A DNA stretch of 64,000 bases from Octopus vulgaris (Eukaryota). The notes beneath the pieces are model-generated. The model did no database searches. It was not told where the DNA came from and worked only from the letters and a program-made list of their open reading frames with translations. How positions within the stretch are numbered: the stretch's first letter is position 1; the number at the start of each line of letters is the position of its first letter. Location of the stretch: assembly GCA_951406725.2 (NCBI GenBank), contig OX597817.1, positions 24,180,001-24,244,000 of the forward strand, in the 5' to 3' direction. Below, in pieces: positions 25,764 to 36,849 of the stretch. A program made the position numbers and the translations under genes.

Positions 25764-25818
25764 AATAAAAAGGAATTTTGTAGAATCTTCGTTCGGCTCC
25801 ATTTCTTCCCTTCACTAA

Positions 25819-25855
<37 letters not shown>

Positions 25856-25949
25856 TATATACAAAGAAAGAGAGTGAGAGAATGGGAGAAACAGAAAACA
25901 GTCACAGAAGAGGGAAAGGGAGAATATATGTATGTCTGTATGTATATAT

Positions 25950-26912
25950 ATGTATAACGGGAAGGTTTACGAAAATAAACAAAAGACAAAGGCAGGTGGA
26001 GTACAAACAAACAATTGTATTAGTATGGCACTCAGGAATAGAAATAAAACAAGTTTTTTACGTTTCGAGCCTACGCTCTTCAGCAGAAAGATACACAGAA
26101 AAGAAACACGGAGAGAAACAAGGAGAGAAAAAAAATGCGTGCATGAGCTAATGATTCAACATGGCGGTCTGATTTTGGCCAGAAGTCAGAGATCAGACGT
26201 TAGAAGCAAGAGGGATAGTAGGGGAGATAACAGGGTCAAATGACCTCGCCCCAACATAAGGGTGCATGTGTGTATGAGAGAGTATGTATGTGCATGTGAA
26301 AGGTCTGGACGTGTGTATGTATGATGTGATCTGTAATGTCGTATGGTGTAGTGTAGTGTAGTGTGGTGGGAGGTGGGGAAAGCCCATGTGGGGTTGTGGG
26401 GAGAGCGAAAGGGGGAGAGAAGAGAGAGGAGTTGGGTGGGGGAATGAGAGGGGAGGGGAGGAGGAGGGGAGAAGGAAGGAGAGGAGAAGAGGAGGGGGAT
26501 GGGAAAGGAGGGGAGAGGGAGAGAAGGGGGAGTGAGGGAGCAGAGAGAAAGAGAGAAGGGAAAGAGGGAAGAAGAAAGAGGAAAGAAGAGGACGGAAAGA
26601 GAGTAGGGGTGAAAAGATGAAGGACTGAAGAGAAGTAGGTTAGATGAGAAGGGGCGTAAAAATACTGTAAGAAAGCCACAAAACTGGGCAAGACTTCCTT
26701 TTGTACCCCCCACCCAAACACCCCTTTTAATGGCGTAAAAGAGCGAAGAGAGAAGATTAATCCCTGTTCACGGTGCAAACGGGAATCCGGATGGCCTCTG
26801 TGCAAGGACAATCCGAACACAGACAGGTGTTGCAAGGAGTGACCGGTGGAGCAGAAATGGCGTGAGACCGGTGTGTCATTGGCAAGGCGGATGTCACGGA
26901 GGTGCTCCGTGT
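25950..26912 (-). mobile_element. Penelope-like element 3' relic (GIY-YIG C-terminus, pyrimidine-rich 3' region, terminal repeat)
   Basis: EHLRDIRLANDTPVSRHFCSTGHSLQHLSVFGL...RLHREQGLIFSLRSFTP fits the EH...HF...H...R..E..LI..L...P pattern of PLE GIY-YIG endonucleases. Terminal repeat shared with 6987-7185. Confidence 0.8.
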
Positions 26913-27049
26913 GTATATATATAATTTTCCTAGTTTTCCCACTATACCAATGCCCAGACAACACCACTGACCAAACACGAATAAATAGGAAAAACAATCT
27001 TATCCAAAAATACAGACCACAACTCGACATACTCTAACATACCCCCAGG

Positions 27050-27920
27050 TACACACCCACAACAAACACATACAGATGTACAAAATCACACACACAAAAA
27101 TACAATGCAAACACACATACACACACAAACACAATATCCCCACACTTGAGCACAAACCCACACACATTCCAAAAAAAAACACATACATATATACACTTGC
27201 AATACGATTCTAGCAACCATAACCAACACTCACACACACATACAAAGATACGTAAACATGTACATGCACACACTTACACACACCACCCTGACAATTACAA
27301 ATCACACTTACACAAACACACCCACAGATACACAGATATACACACACAAACATGCAAATTCAACAAAAATCACACACACACATGCATATATGCACACTTA
27401 TGTATACACACACACACAAACACAATATGCCCGTTCCCCAGTAAAATATCACACACATGCTCAAAGAAAAAACACACACATATTCAGACAATACAATCCC
27501 AACAATCACAACAAACACTCACAAACACAGACATACACACAAGCATGCACACACACAATGACACACACCTCCACAACAAATGCAAGACACATAGACACAT
27601 TCACACAAACACGTATACACACACTGCACTAACAATACAAACAAAACAAACCACTCACAAATACAGCACACACACACACACACCCAGAAACTACATGAAC
27701 CATACCTACATATATACACACACAAACGCATACTCAGTACTAACATGCACACACATACATACCACATCTGATAAATACAACACACTCTCACACACATACA
27801 CACCCACACATACCCACATAGACATACATATGCACCCTCACACACACATATGGTTGCTCACACCACCAGGACAATTATAACAACACAAACATACTCAGAC
27901 AGAGACACTCACACTCACGT
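27050..27920. repeat. Long degenerate CA-rich low-complexity region
   Basis: Directly visible. Source of the 244-aa H/T-rich ORF. Confidence 0.9.
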
Positions 27921-29029
27921 ATTATAATTATAAAAATAATTTTAAAAATTAGATTTTTAGTGATTTTTATTAATTTTACTGTCTTTTACTTAGTTCAAAA
28001 TATTTTTAATTATTTTAAAATTATATATCAAGTAATTTAATTTACTGACCTAGAAATTTATTATTTATCAAAGTTAACATAAAAATAAATTAAATGAATC
28101 AGAAAAAATAATTAACCTATACCCATCATGCACTTCTGGCTTCTCCTGATTTATTATTACTATAAATATAAGAAAATACCATTGAAGGACTTTTGAATGT
28201 TAATAAGAATTATCTCCCCTACAAAGAATCTCTCAATTTTGAATTATACAAATGATGGTAGCCATGTTTAATTCATGGAGAGAAAATTACCATGCAGATA
28301 AGTTAACATTTCTTTTTATTAACATTTCTTTTTCCTACTTTTATTCCACATTTCTGTTCATTGTTTACTAAAATAAAATTATTCCAACAACTTCTAATTA
28401 TATAATTTTAGTCTGTCATGTCTTAATATTCGATGTAAATAGCTATGAACTTATTTTAAGTTCATAGAAGTTAGACATGAAGATTGGCAATATAACCATT
28501 TTAATATGGTATTGTATAGAGACATTCTATTTCAGCAATATTGAGGAATATGTTGTCATGAAACACGCATAGTCAAGATTGCGTAAAGTACATGATTTGC
28601 AATAAGAATTGAAGGTATTAATTTTGATAATTTTAATATTTAGTCCTATTTGTACATATTGTGGATAATGTCATTCAATGATGATTGAGTTGATTGAGGG
28701 TGATTCTGTCTCTTAAACCTATATATATATATATATACATACACACTACCAAACAAATATGATTTTTATTGAACTCAAATTACTTATTGTAGTCCCATTT
28801 TTGAATACTTCCTTGTAAACTGCTTTTAACATGTTCTTATTATTATCAAAGAATGTATAACTGTATTTTGATACTTTTGTGGTAACCAGTACTCAACACA
28901 ACAAAGTTTATACAAAGCTTTGCAATTTACTTTTGACAATCTTTTTCTAAAAAAGTGAAACTGGTCAAGTCAATAAACATCTTTAAAATTGCATTTTCAA
29001 ACCTTCTTTTATTTATATATATATGTATA

Positions 29030-29450
29030 TCGGGTCATTGCATAAATAAGGCAGTTTTTTTCAATTGTATGAACTAAAAGTCAGAGGGGGATAGGATAAA
29101 CTACCTGCATCAACTTGTTATAAAAGCAGGTAGTAATTTTACCTTGTATTTATTCTTAGTGCAAGTTTTGAAGAGTGCATTTTGATTTTAACACCTATTT
29201 TTTCAAAGCTATAATGGAAGTGACAAAGGAGCATATTTGGCATATTTTGCTTTATGAGTTCAACAAAGGTCACAATGCAATGAAAAGTGCAAGGAATATT
29301 AATGCAGTGTATGGGGATTGGACGATAAACATAAGCCAATGTCAACAGTGGATCCCAAAATTCCAAGCTGGAAGCTACAACCTAGATGATGAGCCATGTC
29401 CTGGTTGATCTGTTGAGCGTCCTGCAAACCCTGGTGGAACAAAATGAAAA
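29030..29450 (+). mobile_element. Mariner transposon relic (5' end and N-terminal HTH of transposase)
   Basis: MEVTKEHIWHILLYEFNKGHNAMKSARNINAVYGD...QCQQWIPKFQAGSYNLDDEPCPG resembles the Mos1/SETMAR-type N-terminus. Truncated before the catalytic domain. Confidence 0.85.
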
Positions 29451-29455
29451 TAGTC

Positions 29456-29615
29456 AAAAAAAGGGAATTTGGTTTACAGTTTCTCTGATCCTCTTCTAAT
29501 AGACACTTTTGCTTGTAGTGGTATGTTTTGGGATCAATCCCAAAACATACCACTACAAGCAAAAGTGTCTATTAGAAGAGGATCAGAGAAACTTTAAACC
29601 AGATTCCCTTTTTTT
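29456..29615. repeat. Near-perfect palindrome, 79-bp arms, 2-nt loop
   Basis: Arms 29456-29534 and 29537-29615, two mismatches. Confidence 0.97.
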
Positions 29616-30016
29616 TTAATTATTTACATTTCACACTTATTTTTTTCAGTATGACTTGCCAACCACCACTGAAATTAATGAACTTTGTACGTTCAAACAA
29701 ACTGATATACAGTTTTAACTTTGACTGCTATGAACATTCAAACTTACACCTGTTTTGAACATGTTAATTTATCAACATTGAAACATTTTAATTTGTCAAC
29801 ATTGAAACTTTTAAAGATGTTTTTCTAATTTTAAACTGTTTACCATTGATAAACAAAAAATATTGTTGATAGTAATTTGATATATATGTAAATAAAAGTA
29901 TTTTAAACATTTATGAGTTTTTGAAATTTAGGTGAATTTTCAACAACACATTTTCCTATATTTTTTCCTGCATGGCAACACCACCCCCTCTTTTGTTATA
30001 TATATATATATATAAA

Positions 30017-30411
30017 TAAAATATTACGTTGTATAATTAGGGCTCAGTAAAATAATTTACTGGCAGTTGAAGATGGTTTGTCTGAGATTACTCATATCAG
30101 ACAGGTATGTTCGATTTTTAGTGCTCTCAAATCTAAATATAAGAAATGTTGAGCTGACGAAGGAAGTGTTGAGTTTTAAATTCAACTAATCCAGAAACGT
30201 AACGTTCTCAAATGATTTTTGTACATGTGATAATTTGTTATTTTTCCCTCCATATCTGCGTGAATTATTTTTGAGTAAACACTATCTGGGAGACTTTTCT
30301 TATAGTAGAAGAAATAGCTAAAAAAACTTTTTGGCTGCTATTTCTAAAAGTTTTAGTGTGTGGTAAAGTAAATTATTTTACTGAGCCCTAATTATATAAC
30401 GTAATATTTTA
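30017..30411. mobile_element. MITE with 45-bp terminal inverted repeats
   Basis: TAAAATATTACGTTGTATAATTAGGGCTCAGTAAAATAATTTACT at the left end and its inverse at 30367-30411 (1 mismatch). Confidence 0.85.
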
Positions 30412-30504
30412 AATATACCGTGAATGGTCCTTTTACATACTGAACACTACTTGGTGAAATTAATTAATAATTAATTGATTTTACCCTTTTATTATTGATA
30501 TATA

Positions 30505-30906
30505 TAGCACCTACATTGTTAGAACCAGGTGTCAAAGAACCTTATAGCCACAAAAAGCACATTGTCTGTGTCTTACAGGTGAGACAGCCATTGTACAGCA
30601 AAAAAGATTACTATACTAGCAAGCTAGTTTCACTTGGAATCAAAGCACATCATTGGTGACTACTCCATCACTTATTTTTAAGCTAAATCCTACCTGTCAG
30701 TATTTAGCATTTACCATATAAATCAGTGGACGACCAGTAAAATGGTAATGGGAAAATTATGAAATAATAAAGGTGGCTAAACGCAATATAAAACTAAAAA
30801 GGAAAAAATTCAATTGTCACTAAAAGGGACTGAGAGGGCAGGGTAGCACCTACATTGCTAGAAACAGAAGTCAAAGACCATTATAGCCGCAAAAAGCACA
30901 TTGTCT
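30505..30906. repeat. Pair of 63-bp imperfect direct repeats (30505-30567, 30844-30906)
   Basis: TAGCACCTACATTG...AAAAAGCACATTGTCT occurs twice. Confidence 0.85.
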
Positions 30907-31837
30907 ATCTACTATATATGTACACACACACACACACACGCACATATATATAAACTCACTCCTTGTCATGCGAGTACATTTAATTTTTAATTAATTTGGA
31001 TTTAATTTTGATTTATAAGTTATCTCTCTTGCTGTTTTTTGACAAGAATTATCTTTATCACTAATTATTTTCTTTTCATTATGAGTGTAATTATAATTGA
31101 TCACTAATTATTCTGGACTCACTGCATCTAAGTATGTTTGCTCGTATTTAACAACACACACACACACACACTCACACATGTACTCAGTTTTTCTTTTATT
31201 ATACAAAGCCAAGGATAATTGTCTTGAAATATAGTATCCAATCCTTTTTCCTATCGATTTTCATATTATATATACGTTCTTGCATTTTTTTTTACATCAA
31301 AACAATTTAGTAAGCATGTTAATATTTAAAAAAAAAAAATTACAAGATAAAAGGAACTATCATTAAAAGACCTCATTAATTAATATTTAAATTGGCATTC
31401 TAAATTAGCTTTTTACAGAATTTTCTTGGAAGTCAGTGATGTTCAAAGAAAAGCAGATTGAGGATAGTTTAACAAGAGTTAAAAATGTGTTTAAATATAA
31501 TTGTTATCTTCACTTCGACAAAAGTTTGCATCGTGAAAATTTTACATTTAAACCTATTGTGGTGATAGACATTTATTACAAGCAAAAAATATATACACAT
31601 ACACATATAGGCACATAGAACACATGTACATACACCCATGTTTACACACACACATACACACATGTATACATACACACACACACACATGTATGTTCATATG
31701 CACACACACATACACTCACTTACATACCCTCACATATACAGACACGCTCATTTCCATCACATTCTACACAGATATACAGTTATAAAGCAACAGATTGGCT
31801 GTCTTGTTATAGTGTCAGAGAGAATTTCTTTTCTTTT

Positions 31838-32052
31838 CAACTCTAGGCACAAGGCCTGAAAAATTTGGGTGGAGGGGGCCAGTCGATTAGATCAGATCAA
31901 CCAAAGTACACAACGGGTACTTAATCTATCGACCTTGAAAGGATGAAAGGCAAAGTTGACCTCAGCAGAATTTGATCTCAGAACGTAAAGACAGATGAAA
32001 TACTGCTAAGTATTTTGCCCGGCATGCTAACATTTCTGCCAGCTCATCTCCT
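31838..32052 (-). mobile_element. SINE family A (tail type 2)
   Basis: Reverse complement matches the family A head, core and tail. Confidence 0.85.
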
Positions 32053-32238
32053 TAGAGACAGAGAGAGAGAGAATCTCTTTTGCAGTATTCATTTCAGCTT
32101 TGTAAATAAGTTCAAACACGGCCAAAATTTGCCTTTTATCCTTTTTAGGCATAATAAATTACCAGTCCTATTCTTGTAGTTGATTTTTCCCTCTTTCTCA
32201 CTGTCTCTGTCTCTCTGCCTTTCTCTCCCTCTTTCCTC

Positions 32239-32276
<38 letters not shown>

Positions 32277-32287
32277 TCATCTTGTAG

Positions 32288-32405
32288 AAAACTGCTGTTC
32301 ATAGGATTAGAAAGGGATGGGTTCCACTCGGTCTAAAGATTGCCTGGAACAATGTATTTCATGATGGTTACCCCTATGGCTCTATAGGGTCTTGGAGTGC
32401 TTTAG
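32288..32405 (+). CDS. Candidate internal exon, unknown product (KTAVHRIRKGWVPLGLKIAWNNVFHDGYPYGSIGSWSAL)
   Basis: (CT)n tract plus CTTGTAG acceptor. Open, protein-like frame; possible GC donor AG|GCAAGG. No partner exons identified. Confidence 0.35.
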
Positions 32406-32997
32406 GCAAGGCTTATATGATTATAAACTACGTATTATGAGCCAATGAAACACTAGCCAAATCTTTTGTAACTCTCTTTACTATTATTTTAAAAATAAAC
32501 GACATATTGAATGATGTAACCTAAGATAAACATTACCTGAAAAGATAATCTCACATGAAATGCCTTCAATAACAGGGCTGTTCAAACAGGACGAACCAGT
32601 TGCAGTTAACAACAACAATATAATTCACTTTGCCTGAAAGTATTACACATACAACAATCAAATATACATGTATATGTGTATAAATTCATACAGACATTCA
32701 TACAAACTTAGAAATATTTGCAAAACACTCCAAAGATTCTCTTGGATTGAACACAAACACACAATTGCATGTATATTTGATATATGATATGCACACACAG
32801 GCACATACATTCACATGCACAGATTCACACATATATAGATGATCACTAATAAAGGAATATTTTTGAAAGTGATAGTATATGGGTCCTGGGAGCAAATGGG
32901 GTAAAGAATATAAGTTTTAATTGCCCTAATTTTTAAAAATATTTTCTGTTTTTTATTCTATGTGCAAATCATTTAGTAATATTACAGGCCAAAATAA

Positions 32998-33212
32998 GAT
33001 GGTGAGCTAACAGAATTGTTAGCACATCAGCCTAAATGCTTGGCAGCATTTCTTCCAACTTTTTCCTGAGCTCAAATGCAATATGCTTTGACTTAGCCTT
33101 CTATCCTTTTGGGGTTCGATAAAATAATTACCAGTTGAGTACTGGGGTTGATACAATCAACTTGTGCCCTCCCCAACAATTGCTAATTTCGTATCAAAAT
33201 TTGAAACCAATA
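32998..33212 (+). mobile_element. SINE family A (tail type 3), diverged
   Basis: Head GGTGAGCTAACAGAATTGTTAGCAC, core, and AAAATTTGAAACC tail. Confidence 0.75.
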
Positions 33213-34207
33213 TTACTGGCCAAAAAGTTGTTTTTATATTTCATATTATATTGATGGAATGGGGAAATAATCTAAGGTGTTCAACCTCTGAGCAGAAAAT
33301 TTTGTGGTGTATTTAATAGTATTAAATCATAGCATATGAGCATCGAATGAGTGTCAATAAAAGGTGCAATCAATAAAAAAATTTGTGAAGCACAGTACTT
33401 AAGTAGCATTCACACTCACAATTGAGTGTAAGTTTATCCATTTATACACACATGCACATATATATATATATGTGTGTGTATGTATTTATGTATATATATA
33501 TATACACACATACATGCACATTCATATATATACATGTATGTATATATGGTACAAGCCATGTACAGGGATGCTGCCAGTAAGGTGAAGTTTGGCCACAAGT
33601 ATAGCAATGAATTAATTGTACAGGTAGGAGTTCAAGAAGGCTCAGTTCTCAGCTGCCCCCTCCTGTTTATCTTAGTGCTCCAGGCCTTAAAAGAGTAATT
33701 CAAGACTGGCTATCACTGGGAGCTCCTCTATGCTGATAACCTTATTGTTGTAGCTGAATCACTACCTGACCTAGAGATGAAATTTCAGGTGTGAAAACAA
33801 GGCCTGGAAACCAAAGTCCAATTAAATAGGAAAACAGACAAATAACAAGTCCCTTCTGAGATATGGTCTTGCTCAATATGTAGAAAAGGTATTGGCAGAA
33901 ATTCTATATGGTGTACGCTGTGCATGCTATGAACACATAAGATGTGTAGTGGTATCATGGGAAGAGTAAGTAGTCTTTGTGTGTGGCAGATGTGCTGGTA
34001 CAATAAGGACTACAAATGCACAGAAGTAGTAGACATCTTTTGTTATGTAGGAGACCAAGTTAGCAATGATGGAAAAAGTTCTGAAAGTGTGGTTGCTAGA
34101 ATAAGAATGGGCTGGGCAAAATTCAGAGGACTTCTACCTTTGTTGGTAACTAAGGGCCTCACCCTCAGAATGAAGGTCAGATTGTATGATGCCTGTGTAC
34201 ATACAGC

Positions 34208-34623
34208 TGTAGTGGTACAAGGAGTCAGCACCATATTTGATGAGATCTGATGGCAGCCATTGCCATCTTGGAGACTGGGGCGAGACCTCACCTGCATCCA
34301 TTTGCCATGCGCGAGATCACAACGAGGCTCACAATGGCAAACTGTATGTAAGGGCAAAACAGAAACAGATTCATTCTCTCTCTCTCTCTGCTTCTACACA
34401 GCAGTGCTTGCTGAGCACACTTCACTGGCTGAGCCTGTCTGCATGTTGTGCCTCCAGAGGCAATGTGCCCGCACTAATAGAGATACAACACCATGCACAC
34501 AGCTCAAGATAGTTGATGAGAGCAACGTACTTCACCTGTTCTGTGAAACTTGTAAATAAACTGCTTGTAGATTACGTTTGTACTTAAAGAATTCTTTCTT
34601 CGCCTGCCAGGGCCTGAACTACA
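34208..34623 (+). mobile_element. Possible solo LTR
   Basis: TGTAGT...ACTACA inverted termini and AATAAA at about 34555. No clear TSD. Confidence 0.5.
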
Positions 34624-34663
34624 TAAAGAACAAGATATAATGGGAGAAGGTGATATTCTCCCG

Positions 34664-34830
34664 GGGCATGGCTGTATGGTTAGGGAGCTTGCTTCTTAGC
34701 TACGTGGTTTCGGGTTCAGTTCCACTGCGTGGCACTTTGGGTAGGTGTCTTTCACTATAGCCCCGAGCCGACCGGAGCTTTGTGTTTGAATTCGGTAGGT
34801 AGAAGTTACTGCCGTGTGTGTACATGTGTG
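34664..34830 (+). mobile_element. SINE family B head and core
   Basis: GGCTGTATGGTTAGG...GGGTTCAGTTCCACTGCGTGGCACTTTGGG. Confidence 0.75.
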
Positions 34831-36013
34831 TATAGCTGCTCAGTGCCTCTCCGAAAGAGAGAGAGGGGATCGTGAACCTTGCCTTCCATTATACAGCTAT
34901 GAAACATGGACTTTGTCTACAGAGGATTTGTGAAGGCTTGAAAGAAATGAAGCTAACATGCTCTGCTGGATGGGTAATGTCAGTGTGCATGCACGACAAA
35001 GTGTAAGCAATTTAAGAGGAAAACTGAGAAAAGAAGCATCAGATGTTGTGTGCAAGAGAGAAGACTGCACTGGTTTGGTCATGTGATGCATATGGATGAG
35101 GACAAATCTATGCTAATTGTTACTTTTAGTGGTAATGATATTTTTGTTTACGTGGAGTAAATTTTCATTTTCAGGTGTCAAATTATGACTTATGCTTGAA
35201 AGAATTAATGATTTGTTGGGTTTGTTTCTTTAGTTTAAACTTTTTTAGTTTTTAAAATACTTTGCTTATATTTGAAAATTATTTAATGTTTTCTTTTGAA
35301 AGAGTATATCCACTGCTACTCCCTCTTCTTTTGGTTATTTTGAGAAAAGCCATATTAAATAGATTCCAAATGCTTGAAAAATTTTCATAAAAATAAACTT
35401 CTAAATGGCAGATTTATTTTGTCTAATCTAGGTAATGGAACAGACGTCTCTACATTCAAATGTTCTGTTTGTAAAATAATTCAAGAACAAAAAGAAAACC
35501 TTCCAGTAAAACTTGATCATAATTGAATTTCCCCTAAGTCATCTTGAGAAATGTTCATATGCTTCAAAACAGCTGCAGCAACATCAGCAATAACAACAGT
35601 AATAATTTTTCTTGTCCCCTGTCAGCATTAATTCTTTCACTGCGATGCTACGTCCCACGCCAGGCTGGGAAAATGTTTTTTAAAATCTATCGTAAAAGAG
35701 TGAAGTCTCATAAATGATCTTATATCTGTGTATGTATGTGCATGCATGCATGTGTTTGTGTGTGTGTGTGCGCGCGTGTCTGTGTGTGTATGCATGCATG
35801 TGTGTATGAGTGTCTGTGTGTGTGTGTGTGTGTGTGTGCTTGTGTGTTCTTACCTGTCATCATTAATTTCTTCTCTTACTTGCCTACTATGTCCCACACA
35901 TGGAAAAGTATTTGTGAACTTCTGTACAAAAAGCTATATCACAATAATAATCTTTCTGTTTAAATACAGATTATTTTTTTTATTTTTCATTAAATTCGTC
36001 ACTTCTCCATTAC

Positions 36014-36107
36014 ATTCTGCTTCTCTGAATGGGATATACCTGACCACTGCTATTCTTAGCATTCTGCTTCTCTGAATGGGGTATACCTGACCACTGCTAT
36101 TCTTAGT
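36014..36107. repeat. 47-bp tandem duplication
   Basis: ATTCTGCTTCTCTGAATGGG(A/G)TATACCTGACCACTGCTATTCTTAG occurs twice. Confidence 0.95.
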
Positions 36108-36188
36108 CATCATTCTCCACCACCATCTTTTACCACTACCTTCACATATTATGATAGTGTCTTTGCTCCTTACACCCTTTGTCACAAC

Positions 36189-36343
36189 CAGTGCTGGATT
36201 TAGGACAAATGAGGCCCTGTGCAAGTTAGGTCAAGATCCCTTACTTGGACAGGGTGCAGTTGACCAGGGGCCCTTTACAGAGCCTCTGGTCAATGGGGCC
36301 TTGTGCTTAGGCACACCTAAGCACAATGATAATTCCAGCACTG
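36189..36343. mobile_element. hAT-type MITE (155 bp)
   Basis: TIRs CAGTGCTGGA...TCCAGCACTG. The flanking 8-mers GTCACAAC and GCCACTAC match at 6/8 positions (decayed TSD). Confidence 0.7.
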
Positions 36344-36849
36344 GCCACTACACATAGCAAATAGCAACCTCAATTTCCCTGAAGCAAGGGCAGCAGTATT
36401 CCGATAAAAGAAGTCAGAACATCATCCTGTGTCAAGTACTTGGTGACAAAACAAACAATCTCATCAAGCAACCTCAGTGATTTTGTATTTAGACTACTTG
36501 CAGAACATAGCCTGAATTAAAAATGACAAAGCTAGCCTTTGGTGACGCTTAATCCTGTTATGGGTCTTATTAACCTGTTGTGGCACCCTATTATAGATGA
36601 TCTATCAGTGCTAGTGCTTCCTTAAAATTTACCTTGAGACTTGAATATGCTGAGATGGCCTTTTGTAGGGTTAAATCTCTTATATGGGTATAAAGGTCCC
36701 CTTCAGCTTTGGCTTGCGATCATCATAGAGATAGTATTTCAATAAAATCCATTAGTGTCACCTCAATACACTAACATCATAAATGGAAATAAATATTATA
36801 AATAACCTCAAAGTTGGAAGTGAAGGCTGTAAAGCTGAAGCTGTTAAGG

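Larger units (their letters stand above)
33540..35105 (+). mobile_element. RTE-clade LINE relic (RT region), interrupted at 34208-34898
   Basis: VGVQEGSVLS.PLLF, ELLYADNL (YADD), Cys/His finger, ARIRMGWAKFRGLLPLLVTKGL, RLYDACV; resumes with ETW...RLHWFGHV. Confidence 0.88.

Noticed and set aside
27146-27880. 244-aa His/Thr-rich ORF
   Set aside because: Degenerate (CA)n sequence with no domain signal.
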